Under the pieces are notes generated by a model. It ran no database searches. It was not told the origin of the DNA and saw only the letters and a program-made list of their open reading frames with translations. The translations under genes were made by a program, and so were the position numbers. From contig JBAZYN010000002.1 in the NCBI GenBank assembly GCA_041659325.1, positions 513 to 64,512 on the forward strand: 64,000 nt of DNA, in the 5' to 3' direction. The stretch is from Candidatus Shapirobacteria bacterium (GTDB lineage: Bacteria; Patescibacteriota; Microgenomatia; UBA12405). Position 1 is the stretch's first letter. Every line of letters begins with the position of its first letter. Positions 1 to 8,463 of this stretch are shown here, in pieces.

Positions 1-99
1 TGAATACAGGAATTTTAAAGTACCAGATGAATCGACTTGATTCATAGTAGGGATATTATATAGTAGATTGCTAAAAAATACAGTAGGGAAAAGTTGGAA

Positions 100-534
100 T
101 TAGCCCTGATATCTTTTTAAATAGACAAGATGTTTTTTGGTAACGTACCCGTGAGGGAGGAGCTGTTTTAGAGAGGTGATTTTATGGACCCCATGAATAT
201 CGGAAATCACTACGTCAATATCTTTGTTGCTGATTTGATAGAACTGGGTTAAATATTGTAAACAAGCTCCGCAGGGATGGACCTGTTTAAAGTCCACGAC
301 ACAAATAGCTTTAATTTGATATTTACCATGAATAACGGCATGGTCGATTGCCGATCTTTCGGCACAAACTCCTAAACCGGTTATAACCGACTCGATAAGA
401 CAGCCCCCGAAGTATTCCCCATCGACCGTAAGTACCGAGGCACCAATTTTATGTTTTGATCTGACAGTGAATGATTTCGGACGCGATTCGGTTGCTACTT
501 TTATAAGAGTTGATATTTCGTCTTTTGTAAGCAC
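100..534 (-). CDS. cdd: cytidine deaminase
   Basis: Zinc-binding deaminase motifs CAERSAI and HPCGACLQ. A GTG at 534 gives ~144 aa whose N-terminus aligns with short bacterial Cdd proteins, and it lies 8 nt downstream of the recF stop. The ORF track extends to a TTG at 636 that overlaps recF. Confidence 0.8.
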   Translation of the reverse strand: MLTKDEISTLIKVATESRPKSFTVRSKHKIGASVLTVDGEYFGGCLIESVITGLGVCAERSAIDHAVIHGKYQIKAICVVDFKQVHPCGACLQYLTQFYQISNKDIDVVISDIHGVHKITSLKQLLPHGYVTKKHLVYLKRYQG

Positions 535-541
535 TGGATTA

Positions 542-1603
542 TTATAACTGAATAATTTTGGCGGAAGGAAGGATAGAGACTGATTCCGGCTCGGAAGAAG
601 TGAATATTGTTTGATACCTTTGGCAAATTTTGCCAATGAGCTTTTGGTGGTTTTCGTCTAATTCCGAAAAGATATCGTCCAGAAGTAATATGGGTGATTC
701 CTGGTATTTGGTTTCAAGATAGTCTATTTGTCCTAGTCTAACGGTAAATGTGGCTAATCTTTGCTGGCCACGGCTGCCCCAACTGGCTAAATTCTTGTCG
801 GCAGAGTGAAAAACCGAATTATCAAAACTAAAATCATCGCGGTGAAGTCCGGATTGAGTGTAGCCACACTCAAGCTCCCGAGAATAATTTTGATCGATTT
901 TTTCTTGAGTAAGAAAAGAGGGGTAATAGTTTATGGAAATTGTGTTTATTTCCAGGTCGGGGTGATTTTGAAAAAAATTGTTGAGATGTTTTATGAAAGA
1001 TAGTCTAAAATCGTGGACTATTTTGTCATTTTTTGTCAGGGATTGATCCCAATAATAGAGTTCGGATTTATTATTTTTGCCACATCTGATTAGGTCTAAT
1101 AATTCGTTACGGTGTTTTAGGGCCCGATTGTATTGCGATAAGGCGGAGGAATAGCGCCATTCTGATTGCATAAATATTTCATCAAGGAAGTCGCGTCGAC
1201 GGCCGGGGGAGCCGGCTACTAGCCGAATATCGTCGGGGTGAAAAATTACAGTTTTAATCTGGCCGATAAACTCCTTCCGAAGTTTTTCGGCCCTATTGAT
1301 TAATAACTTACGGGTAACGGCAGTTTTGGCGGGATCGTTTGTTAGCTGAATCTCCAGTTCGCTGAGTTCATTGTTTGTAGACAGTTTACCCCTAACCGAG
1401 GAATACGACGAATCCCACATAATAAGTTTTGAGAGGGAGGTTGAGCGAAAACTCTTGCCGTGAGATAGGAGATAAATTGATTCCAGGATATTGGTTTTTC
1501 CGGAACCATTCGGACCAATAATGAGATTGGTTTTTGGATCGAATTCAAAAAGTGTTTTTTGATGAGACCGGAAATTTTCCAGGAGTAACTTGGTGAGAAA
1601 CAT
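542..1603 (-). CDS. recF: DNA replication and repair protein RecF
   Basis: N-terminal Walker A IIGPNGSGKTNILESI, C-terminal LLLDDIFSELD motif, and 353 aa length are typical of RecF. Confidence 0.9.
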   Translation of the reverse strand: MFLTKLLLENFRSHQKTLFEFDPKTNLIIGPNGSGKTNILESIYLLSHGKSFRSTSLSKLIMWDSSYSSVRGKLSTNNELSELEIQLTNDPAKTAVTRKLLINRAEKLRKEFIGQIKTVIFHPDDIRLVAGSPGRRRDFLDEIFMQSEWRYSSALSQYNRALKHRNELLDLIRCGKNNKSELYYWDQSLTKNDKIVHDFRLSFIKHLNNFFQNHPDLEINTISINYYPSFLTQEKIDQNYSRELECGYTQSGLHRDDFSFDNSVFHSADKNLASWGSRGQQRLATFTVRLGQIDYLETKYQESPILLLDDIFSELDENHQKLIGKICQRYQTIFTSSEPESVSILPSAKIIQL

Positions 1604-1671
1604 TAAGGCAATTATACCTGCTTCGATGTTGTGGATGGTTTACATAACTTTGATTGTTCTATAATTACGAC

Positions 1672-2625
1672 ATGATAGACGTATTAAAAACAACAAAATA
1701 TGTAGCTGATAATTCAAAGTTGGTAAAAATCTCTACAAGAGCAATTGAAAAGCTGGTAAATAGTGTGCAGGAGAGTGAATTGGATTCGTTTGACTTGGGA
1801 TATTTTGGCTATAATTGGCCTTTTGATCTTCAGATGGAATTGGTTTTTATATTTAACGCTGTAAATTTTTGTTATTGGTCGGGAAAAGGCGAACAAAAAT
1901 GGACGGTTGAAATTGGAGGCAAGAAATTAGATGGGGCAATTGCTCTATTTAAATGCTTGGAGGAGGAGGCTAATAGAAATGACTCGTTTTTCCGACCGGA
2001 AACTCTGGCCAATTTAAATGAAAATGATTTAAAAAGAATTCTCAGGGGAAATGCAGAGATTCCATTGTTTGATGAGAGATTGGAATGTTTAAGAGAGTTG
2101 GGGCAAGTAACAAAAGACAGGTATGGCGACTATTTGAAAATTATTGAAAATAGCGAACATGACGCTATGAAACTAGTAGAAACAATAACTATTAATTTTC
2201 CGAGATTTAACGATGTTTCTGAATATAGTGGCAAAAGCATAGGGTTTTACAAGCGGGCACAACTGAATGTCAATATGATAAACAGTATCTTGGTATCTGT
2301 AGGACAAGCCCCAATGTTAAACATTGATAAGTTGACGGCATTTGCGGATTATAAAGTGCCACAGATACTTAGAGGGATGGGCATTGTCAAGTATTCAAAT
2401 ACATTGTCGAAAAAAATAGATGATTACGAGTTAATTCCCGTAAATTCAAGAGAAGAAGTCGAAATAAGGGCAAATACAGTTTGGGCGGTTGAGCTCATCA
2501 GAGAAGAATTAAGTAAGACGTTCCCCGTGACATCGCCTGAAGTTGACACTGTTCTTTGGACGAGATCGCAGAAAAAGGAACCCGGCGAAAAACCATATCA
2601 CCGGACACTAACAACGGCTTACTAG
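1672..2625 (+). CDS. QNG1-like queuosine salvage protein (DUF2419; queuosine 5'-phosphate N-glycosylase/hydrolase family)
   Basis: Several blocks align with human QNG1/C9orf64: AVNFCYWSGKGEQKW, FYKRAQL, AFADYKVPQIL, EVEIRANTVWAVELIR. The track start at 1654 is TTG; the ATG at 1672 is more likely. Confidence 0.8.
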   Translation: MIDVLKTTKYVADNSKLVKISTRAIEKLVNSVQESELDSFDLGYFGYNWPFDLQMELVFIFNAVNFCYWSGKGEQKWTVEIGGKKLDGAIALFKCLEEEANRNDSFFRPETLANLNENDLKRILRGNAEIPLFDERLECLRELGQVTKDRYGDYLKIIENSEHDAMKLVETITINFPRFNDVSEYSGKSIGFYKRAQLNVNMINSILVSVGQAPMLNIDKLTAFADYKVPQILRGMGIVKYSNTLSKKIDDYELIPVNSREEVEIRANTVWAVELIREELSKTFPVTSPEVDTVLWTRSQKKEPGEKPYHRTLTTAY

Positions 2626-2802
2626 AATTTTGGTCCGGAGAGTATCGGTAGCGTGGAACGAATTATTTGCTAACCTAATTTCCATCTACGAAACTCTTAA
2701 GCCTATTATACCTGAAGAAAAATTAGCTTTGGATTATTCCTATTAGGGATTACCAGTATAGTAATAGAACTATAATATAAAGAAGTGTTAATAGGACTGT
2801 TA

Positions 2803-3111
2803 TCAATAATTTTCAAATACGTCATACCAAGGGTAGGTAAGCCGAAGCATTCTTAAGCGCCGGAGAGGTCTAAGTGGTCGGAGAGGTCTAAGTGGTCGGA
2901 GAGGTCTAAGTGGTCTTAGCTTGAAAGGTTCCCCATAACGTTTTACAATCCTGTCATCTGAACTAACGTAACCAATAAATGACATGTCATTTGCACTGTA
3001 AACTTCATTACCGTTCAAGATAAAACCAATCCAATTGCATTCGGTATCAAACAGATAGTTTCCGTTAATAAAAGCAATATAGTTACCTGATGTATTAAAG
3101 ATATATCTCAT
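2803..3111 (-). CDS. hypothetical beta-rich protein with N-terminal Gly/Asn/Tyr-rich repeats and an internal RPLRPL tandem repeat
   Basis: ORF of 102 aa with periodic G-N-Y/I-x-F motifs. It is co-oriented with the downstream ORF and overlaps it by 4 nt. Confidence 0.4.
   Translation of the reverse strand: MRYIFNTSGNYIAFINGNYLFDTECNWIGFILNGNEVYSANDMSFIGYVSSDDRIVKRYGEPFKLRPLRPLRPLRPLRPLRPLRRLRMLRLTYPWYDVFENY
2861..2914. repeat. perfect 18-bp tandem repeat x3 (cggagaggtctaagtggt), in frame within the ORF 2803..3111
   Basis: Three identical head-to-tail copies are visible directly. They encode (RPL)n on the minus strand. Confidence 0.95.
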
Positions 3112-3563
3112 TGTCTATCTCTTAATAAAGTAACCTGTGAATACAGATACAAAATACCCCCTATTACCATCATTACAATAGCACCCACAACCTGATAATC
3201 AGTCTTACCAATCGGAACACTGTGTTCAGAAGTTATAAAGTTAATTCCTATACCTATTAATATGGTTGCAAATAAATTTAAGACAACCGAATTGAGTGCT
3301 TTGTATTTATTAAGTTGGTAGTCGTTAGCGTATGTTTTTAAAGTCTCGTTCTCTGTTTCCAGTTGAGTAATTTTTGATTCGCAGTTTTTGGTATAAGTTA
3401 GAATTGTACTAGCTAATGGTCTATTGCCAGTTAAATCTTTAGCCTTAATCGTTCCTAAACTGGTTGGGTCAATACCTAAAGGACCGTTACTATTAGCCAA
3501 GGGAGGTGTGTTTGTTGTTTGAGGAGGAGTTACGGGGGGAATAATTGTTTTAGGTTTAGCCAT
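3108..3563 (-). CDS. hypothetical membrane protein (Pro/Thr-rich N-terminus, coiled-coil, two C-terminal TM helices)
   Basis: The two C-terminal hydrophobic helices and central coiled-coil suggest a holin- or phage-like architecture. No recognisable family. Confidence 0.4.
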   Translation of the reverse strand: MAKPKTIIPPVTPPQTTNTPPLANSNGPLGIDPTSLGTIKAKDLTGNRPLASTILTYTKNCESKITQLETENETLKTYANDYQLNKYKALNSVVLNLFATILIGIGINFITSEHSVPIGKTDYQVVGAIVMMVIGGILYLYSQVTLLRDRQ

Positions 3564-3686
3564 TGTAATTATTTTACTCCATAATGGATATTTTTCTGGT
3601 TAGTAGGACTAATAGCATAAAGTATTAATAGCTATTAATACTCTATGGATTACGTAGGATTTGAGTTTTTGTGATATAAATGGCGT

Positions 3687-3869
3687 ATGGATGACGTATC
3701 AGGTTTTTTATCTTTACTTTTCATATTGGCTTTGTATTTACTGCCAACCATTATTGCTTTTTCAAAGCGGAAAAAGAATAAAGTAGCCATTTTCTTAACT
3801 AACTTTTTATTGGGCTGGACGGTATTAGGCTGGATAATTTCTCTAATCTGGTCGGTAACAAACGATTAG
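3687..3869 (+). CDS. superinfection immunity protein (T4 Imm-like, two-TM)
   Basis: YLLPTIIAFSKRKKN...FLTNFLLGWTVLGWIISLIWSV matches the Imm superinfection-immunity family signature (LPxIIA, LGWT, GWIxxLIW). 60 aa. Confidence 0.7.
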   Translation: MDDVSGFLSLLFILALYLLPTIIAFSKRKKNKVAIFLTNFLLGWTVLGWIISLIWSVTND

Positions 3870-3958
3870 AGCTGGACTACTAAATTAAGTAGATGAGGGG
3901 AAATTGGTAGATAATGTATATAATCAGAACTAGAGTTAAGGGTTAAAAAAATAATAAT

Positions 3959-5881
3959 ATGGACACCTATCAGGTATTACAAAAAATCTTTAAAAACCCC
4001 GAACAGGACCTTTTCATGTTTGATGACCTTTCCCAAATAAATATATATGAAAAAGGTGAAGGGATGTTTTATGTAAAAGCAATTTCAAAACTAGATGAAG
4101 AGAAATTGGTCTACAACGCCAAGACTGGAAAATCCGCACCTGAAGAAATTGTTAGACAACTATATTTAGTGCAACTTACAAAGCATTATAAATACCCTAA
4201 AAGTCTTATTGAGCTTGAGAAGCAAGTAAATTTTGGACGTGAGCAAAAACGAGCAGATATAGTGGTTTACAGGCCTGACGGCATTACCCCGAAAATAATA
4301 ATTGAGGTAAAAGCTCCAAGTGAGGACAATGATGTCCAGCAGTTAAAATCATATTTGAATGCTGAAGGGGCACCCGTAGGGGTTGCGTTGAATGGTAAAA
4401 CACGCCTTATCCTATACAGACCATATCCAAAAGATTTTGATGACACACTTGACGATATTCCTGCCTCTGATGAAGGGATAGAAGATGTTTTAGCAAAACG
4501 AAAAACTCTTAAAGATTTGAGAGATATTGAGCTAAAAGAAGTAATTGAAGAATTGCAAGAGCTGGTATTGGCTAACTCCGGAGCTGATGTATTTGACGAG
4601 ATTTTTAAACTGATATACGCAAAACTATATGATGAAAAAGAAGCTTTAACACGACCCAATCAAGAACTGTTTTTTAGAAAAAGCCCGACAGGAAACCCAT
4701 TAGAAACAAAGCGAATTATTGATGACCTTTTTGAAGGAGCTAAGAATGAATGGCCCGATATTTTTTCTAAGGATGACAATATTAAACTACGGCCAGAACA
4801 TCTTTCAGTTTGCATAGGAAGACTTCAGGAGGCAAGACTATTTGGTTCTAACCTCCGTATCATTGATGAAGCATTTGAATATTTACTGCCTGATGTTGCC
4901 AAGGGAAAGAAAGGTCAATACTTTACACCTCGTGTGGTGATTGATATGTGTGTTCAGATGCTTAATCCGCAGAAAAAGGAGTATGTGGTTGATACCGCCT
5001 GTGGGAGTGCAGGCTTCTTGGTCCATACAATGCAGTATGTTTGGAAAAACTTGCCAACCCCTGAAACTCATAGAGAATATGCTAGCAGGTATCTCTTTGG
5101 GATAGATTTTGATGAGAAGTCAACCAAAATTAGCCGAGCAATTATGCTTATTGCAGGAGATGGTAAAAGCCATATCTACAAGACAACCTCACTTGACTCT
5201 AGAGAATGGCCTGAACGGCTTAAAAGCGACCTGAATGACTTAGGTTTGGTCAGACATTTTGATAATTACGATACAGATAGAAACAATAGAGAAACTTTCC
5301 AGCAATTAGGCTTTGATGTACTGCTAGCCAATCCCCCTTTTGCTGGCGAAATAAAAGAAAAGAATTTGTTGGCTCAATATGTTCTAGGTAAGAACAGTAA
5401 AGGAAAACTCCAAAACAAAGTTGAACGCCATTATCTGTTTATTGAGAGGAATCTTGATTTTGTAAAGGCTGGCGGTCGTCTGGCGGTTGTTTTACCGCAA
5501 GGTATTTTTAACAATACGGGTGATGAATACGTCAGAAAATATATAATGCAAAAAGCTCGTATATTGGCGGTTGTAGGCCTGCATGGAAATTCATTTAAAC
5601 CTCATACAGGTACTAAAACGTCAATCATTTTCTTACAAAAATGGCGTGATGATGAGCTAGACCAAGGGGGTAACCCCACTACTCAAGATTACCCGATTTT
5701 CTTTGCCACACAAAAACAGTCATTCAAAGATAATAGTGGTGATTATATTTATGAAAAAGATAATGATGGTCAGTTAATAAAAGATGAGAGTGGTAATCCG
5801 AAATATCTAAGCGACCTTGATGAAATTGCTGATGCTTTTGTTGCTTGGGGTAAGGAGCAAAGTTTAAGTTTCTTTAAATAA
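3959..5881 (+). CDS. hsdM: Type I-like restriction-modification N6-adenine DNA methyltransferase (HsdM) with N-terminal HSDR_N-like PD-(D/E)xK domain
   Basis: MTase motifs: GQYFTPRVVIDMCVQML, motif I VVDTACGSAGFL, motif IV LLANPPFAG. The N-terminal ~160 aa match the HSDR_N_2 pattern (RADIVVY...IIIEVKAP...GVALNGKTRLILY). Confidence 0.85.
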   Translation: MDTYQVLQKIFKNPEQDLFMFDDLSQINIYEKGEGMFYVKAISKLDEEKLVYNAKTGKSAPEEIVRQLYLVQLTKHYKYPKSLIELEKQVNFGREQKRADIVVYRPDGITPKIIIEVKAPSEDNDVQQLKSYLNAEGAPVGVALNGKTRLILYRPYPKDFDDTLDDIPASDEGIEDVLAKRKTLKDLRDIELKEVIEELQELVLANSGADVFDEIFKLIYAKLYDEKEALTRPNQELFFRKSPTGNPLETKRIIDDLFEGAKNEWPDIFSKDDNIKLRPEHLSVCIGRLQEARLFGSNLRIIDEAFEYLLPDVAKGKKGQYFTPRVVIDMCVQMLNPQKKEYVVDTACGSAGFLVHTMQYVWKNLPTPETHREYASRYLFGIDFDEKSTKISRAIMLIAGDGKSHIYKTTSLDSREWPERLKSDLNDLGLVRHFDNYDTDRNNRETFQQLGFDVLLANPPFAGEIKEKNLLAQYVLGKNSKGKLQNKVERHYLFIERNLDFVKAGGRLAVVLPQGIFNNTGDEYVRKYIMQKARILAVVGLHGNSFKPHTGTKTSIIFLQKWRDDELDQGGNPTTQDYPIFFATQKQSFKDNSGDYIYEKDNDGQLIKDESGNPKYLSDLDEIADAFVAWGKEQSLSFFK

Positions 5882-5882
5882 T

Positions 5883-7310
5883 ATGGACTGGCAAACTATT
5901 GTCAAAGATAACAATTTAGATGTATCGGTTATAAATAGCTCTGATTTAAACGAGGACATTAGATTTGAAGCTGAATTTTATCGTCCAGAATTTATTCAAA
6001 TTGAAAACTTACTTAAGAAGAGAGGGGTTGAAAGCTATGGTTCTTTTATTAAAAATATACAATGTGGCCCTTTTGGCTCAACAATTCTTTCTGATTCTTA
6101 TGTTGAAAGTGGGGCGTATTTAGCTAGGCCATTTAATTTAAGAAATTGCGTAATTACTGATGATAATAGAGTGTATATTAGTGAAGAAGATTTGAAGAAT
6201 AAAAAGTTAAATGAATATAATAATGGTGATATATTTTTTTCAAGGGTGGGAGAGATAGCTTGTAGTTTAGTTTGGGGATTTGGAGAAAAAGATAAAGTAA
6301 CAATAAGCCCTAATATAATCGCGGTTAAAACTGACACAAAAAAATTGTCTCCATTTTACACAGTAATATTTTTTGAAACAAAATATGGTAAAGGGCAGAT
6401 GCTTAGGGCTCAAATAGTAGTTGCTCAACCGACCATATCTACCCAGCTTATTAAATCTTTGCTTATACCAATACCCTCAATTAATTTACAAAATTCTATA
6501 GAAAAAATATACAGAGCTTATGTTGTGGCATTAAAAAAATCTGCAGATAATTATAGGGAAGCGGAGAAGCTATTCCTAAAAGAAATTGGCCTTTTTGATT
6601 ATGAAGTAGGTGGAAAAAATATCTCTATCCGAAACTTTATAGATTGTTTAATTGAAGACCGTTTTGATGCCGAATATTGGCAACCAAAATATGACGAAAT
6701 GTTTTGTAAGATACGAGAAAAACCTTATAAGAAAATTGGTGATATTGCGAATGTTGAGACTGGTCAATATATAAGCGAATATGTTGAGAAAGGAGCTGAT
6801 ACCAAATCTTTTATCAGGGGTACGGATGTTTCTCAATACGAGATTGATACTAATAGCTTGCTGTTTGTCCGCGTATCTGACCAAAAGAAAAAACATGTTG
6901 CCAAAAAAGATGATGTAGTAGTCGCCAGAGTAGGTTCTATAGGCTTATGCGCACGCATACAAGATAACCTAGTAGGCTCTACCATTAGTGATAATCTTAT
7001 TGCTATTAGAACCAAGGCAGATATTGAGATGAGCTCATATTATCTTACGGTATATCTTAATAGCTTCGTGGGCCAAGAGTTTATGAAGCGCTTAAGTAGG
7101 GGTAGTGTTCAACAGCGTTTAAATCAAGAAACTCTAAAAGAATTACCTGTCCCGATTCTTGATATTGATATTCAATACAAAATAGAGAAAATGGTAATTG
7201 ATGGTCATTTAGCGAAAAATGAAGCTAAGGACCTTTTTGAAAAAGCTAAGCGAGCAGTAGAAATATTTATTGAACAAGATGAAGAAAAGGCCTTGAGTTT
7301 TATTCAATAA
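5883..7310 (+). CDS. hsdS: Type I restriction-modification specificity subunit (HsdS), two target-recognition domains
   Basis: 475 aa with duplicated TRD architecture and conserved spacer/C-terminal helices (LPVPILDIDIQYKIEKMV...). Starts 2 nt after the hsdM stop. Confidence 0.8.
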   Translation: MDWQTIVKDNNLDVSVINSSDLNEDIRFEAEFYRPEFIQIENLLKKRGVESYGSFIKNIQCGPFGSTILSDSYVESGAYLARPFNLRNCVITDDNRVYISEEDLKNKKLNEYNNGDIFFSRVGEIACSLVWGFGEKDKVTISPNIIAVKTDTKKLSPFYTVIFFETKYGKGQMLRAQIVVAQPTISTQLIKSLLIPIPSINLQNSIEKIYRAYVVALKKSADNYREAEKLFLKEIGLFDYEVGGKNISIRNFIDCLIEDRFDAEYWQPKYDEMFCKIREKPYKKIGDIANVETGQYISEYVEKGADTKSFIRGTDVSQYEIDTNSLLFVRVSDQKKKHVAKKDDVVVARVGSIGLCARIQDNLVGSTISDNLIAIRTKADIEMSSYYLTVYLNSFVGQEFMKRLSRGSVQQRLNQETLKELPVPILDIDIQYKIEKMVIDGHLAKNEAKDLFEKAKRAVEIFIEQDEEKALSFIQ

Positions 7311-7360
7311 ATCACCAAAAAAGTTGGATTTCTGAAAAAACATGACTTTCCCCAATATAC

Positions 7361-7410
7361 TTGACACGCAAGATACTGGTTGGTAATATATGAATTAGAC
7401 AGTGGTGTCT
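7361..7410 (+). promoter_or_regulatory. sigma70-like promoter (TTGACA-17 nt-TAATAT) followed by inverted repeat AGACA-gtgg-TGTCT upstream of the MerR-like gene
   Basis: Consensus -35 and -10 hexamers with 17-nt spacing at 7361-7389. Palindrome at 7397-7410, then ATG at 7416. Confidence 0.4.
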
Positions 7411-7415
7411 AATTT

Positions 7416-8000
7416 ATGCTTTTTATTACTGATAATCTTCTAGCCAAGGCTTCGGAAACAATCAAGAAATGTAATCTTGGTGATATTTTCAATCAAAAAA
7501 AATACACGATAGCTGATACTCCCCTGTCATACAGGCAAGCTAATACTTTAGACAAGGACAAGTTACTAAATGATAATAGGACGGGTGGTAAAGGTTGGAG
7601 AAAATTTAGCTTTAAAGAATTGGTTTATATTGATATTGTCTTGGACCTTAAGAAATTTGGGGTTAAACATGAGCAATTAAAACAATTATGGCAATCATTC
7701 TTTAAAGAGCCTGATGGTTTATTGGTCCCTAGTTTAGTACCAAATAGAGGAGAATCGGAAATAGCAATTTCTAGCGTGTTTGGTGGTGTTGAAATGGTTC
7801 TTTGTATAGATAGTGATGGAGAAATATTATATTTTGACCCTCAATTTTCTACTAAGTATAGTCAAAGCTCCAAGCCACTGATACGGGTTAGTTTAAATGT
7901 GGTAATTAATAAAATTATTAAACTAATAATTAAAGAGGAATTACCGGTGGAGGATTCAATCAAAAAATTAATAGTTGAGTACAAACTGATAGAAAAATAA
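7416..8000 (+). CDS. MerR-family-like HTH regulator fused to an uncharacterised C-terminal domain
   Basis: YTIADTPLSYRQANTLDKDKLL...GWRKFSFKELVYIDIVLDLKKFGVKHEQLKQL follows the MerR HTH and dimerisation-helix pattern. Confidence 0.45.
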   Translation: MLFITDNLLAKASETIKKCNLGDIFNQKKYTIADTPLSYRQANTLDKDKLLNDNRTGGKGWRKFSFKELVYIDIVLDLKKFGVKHEQLKQLWQSFFKEPDGLLVPSLVPNRGESEIAISSVFGGVEMVLCIDSDGEILYFDPQFSTKYSQSSKPLIRVSLNVVINKIIKLIIKEELPVEDSIKKLIVEYKLIEK

Positions 8001-8220
8001 TATGAATCCCAAAAAAATATTAAATATTGAAAATTTACATTCAATAATTAATGGACATTTTACGCCACTATTTAAGCTCAGTTTACAAATTTTAGTCTAA
8101 AAATAATAAGTAAGAATAAATAAATAATTATCAATTTAGGCCAAGATTGTAACTCCTTTACTTAGGCAAGGCCGGCTGACAGCTACTAGTTCTTTTTGAA
8201 AGAATTGAGAAGGAACCAAT

Positions 8221-8239
8221 CAACACATAATTTGTGTTG
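8221..8239. promoter_or_regulatory. perfect palindrome CAACACA-taatt-TGTGTTG upstream of small ORF and recombinase
   Basis: 7-bp arms with a 5-nt spacer, seen directly. It lies in a 230-bp AT-rich intergenic region. Confidence 0.3.
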
Positions 8240-8287
8240 GTTGGCGAGTCATTTCTTAACCACACACAGATAGTGAGGTTTAAGAAT

Positions 8288-8458
8288 ATGACAGTTAATA
8301 GAGCAAGAAAAATACTAGGAAATATGGCAAAAGACTACTCTGACGAGCAGGTCATGAACTTGGTTAAGCAAGTCAAAGCTCTAACTGATATTTGTGCAGA
8401 AAATATAAATAAAAGGATGAAAAACGAAGGAGTTAGTTTTTTATATAAAGTAAAATAA
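8288..8458 (+). CDS. small hypothetical protein immediately upstream of serine recombinase (possible directionality or regulatory factor)
   Basis: 56 aa from an internal ATG (the track ORF is 8234..8458). Its stop is 5 nt before the recombinase start. Confidence 0.3.
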   Translation: MTVNRARKILGNMAKDYSDEQVMNLVKQVKALTDICAENINKRMKNEGVSFLYKVK

Positions 8459-8463
8459 AAGAA

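Noticed and set aside
535-636. 5' extension of the cdd ORF to the TTG at 636
   Set aside because: It overlaps recF by 95 nt and extends beyond the conserved Cdd N-terminus. GTG at 534 fits homologs.
806-1548. ORFs 806..1003 (+) and 1342..1548 (-) within recF
   Set aside because: Contained in recF. One is antisense and one is out of frame, with no motifs.
2861-2914. Tandem repeat considered as a possible CRISPR array
   Set aside because: Only three contiguous 18-bp copies with no spacers. It is in frame within an ORF. No cas genes anywhere in the window.
4267-4659. Minus-strand 130-aa ORF inside hsdM, and 6098..6337 / 6648..7015 ORFs inside hsdS
   Set aside because: Low-complexity Ser-rich antisense frames fully contained in well-supported genes.
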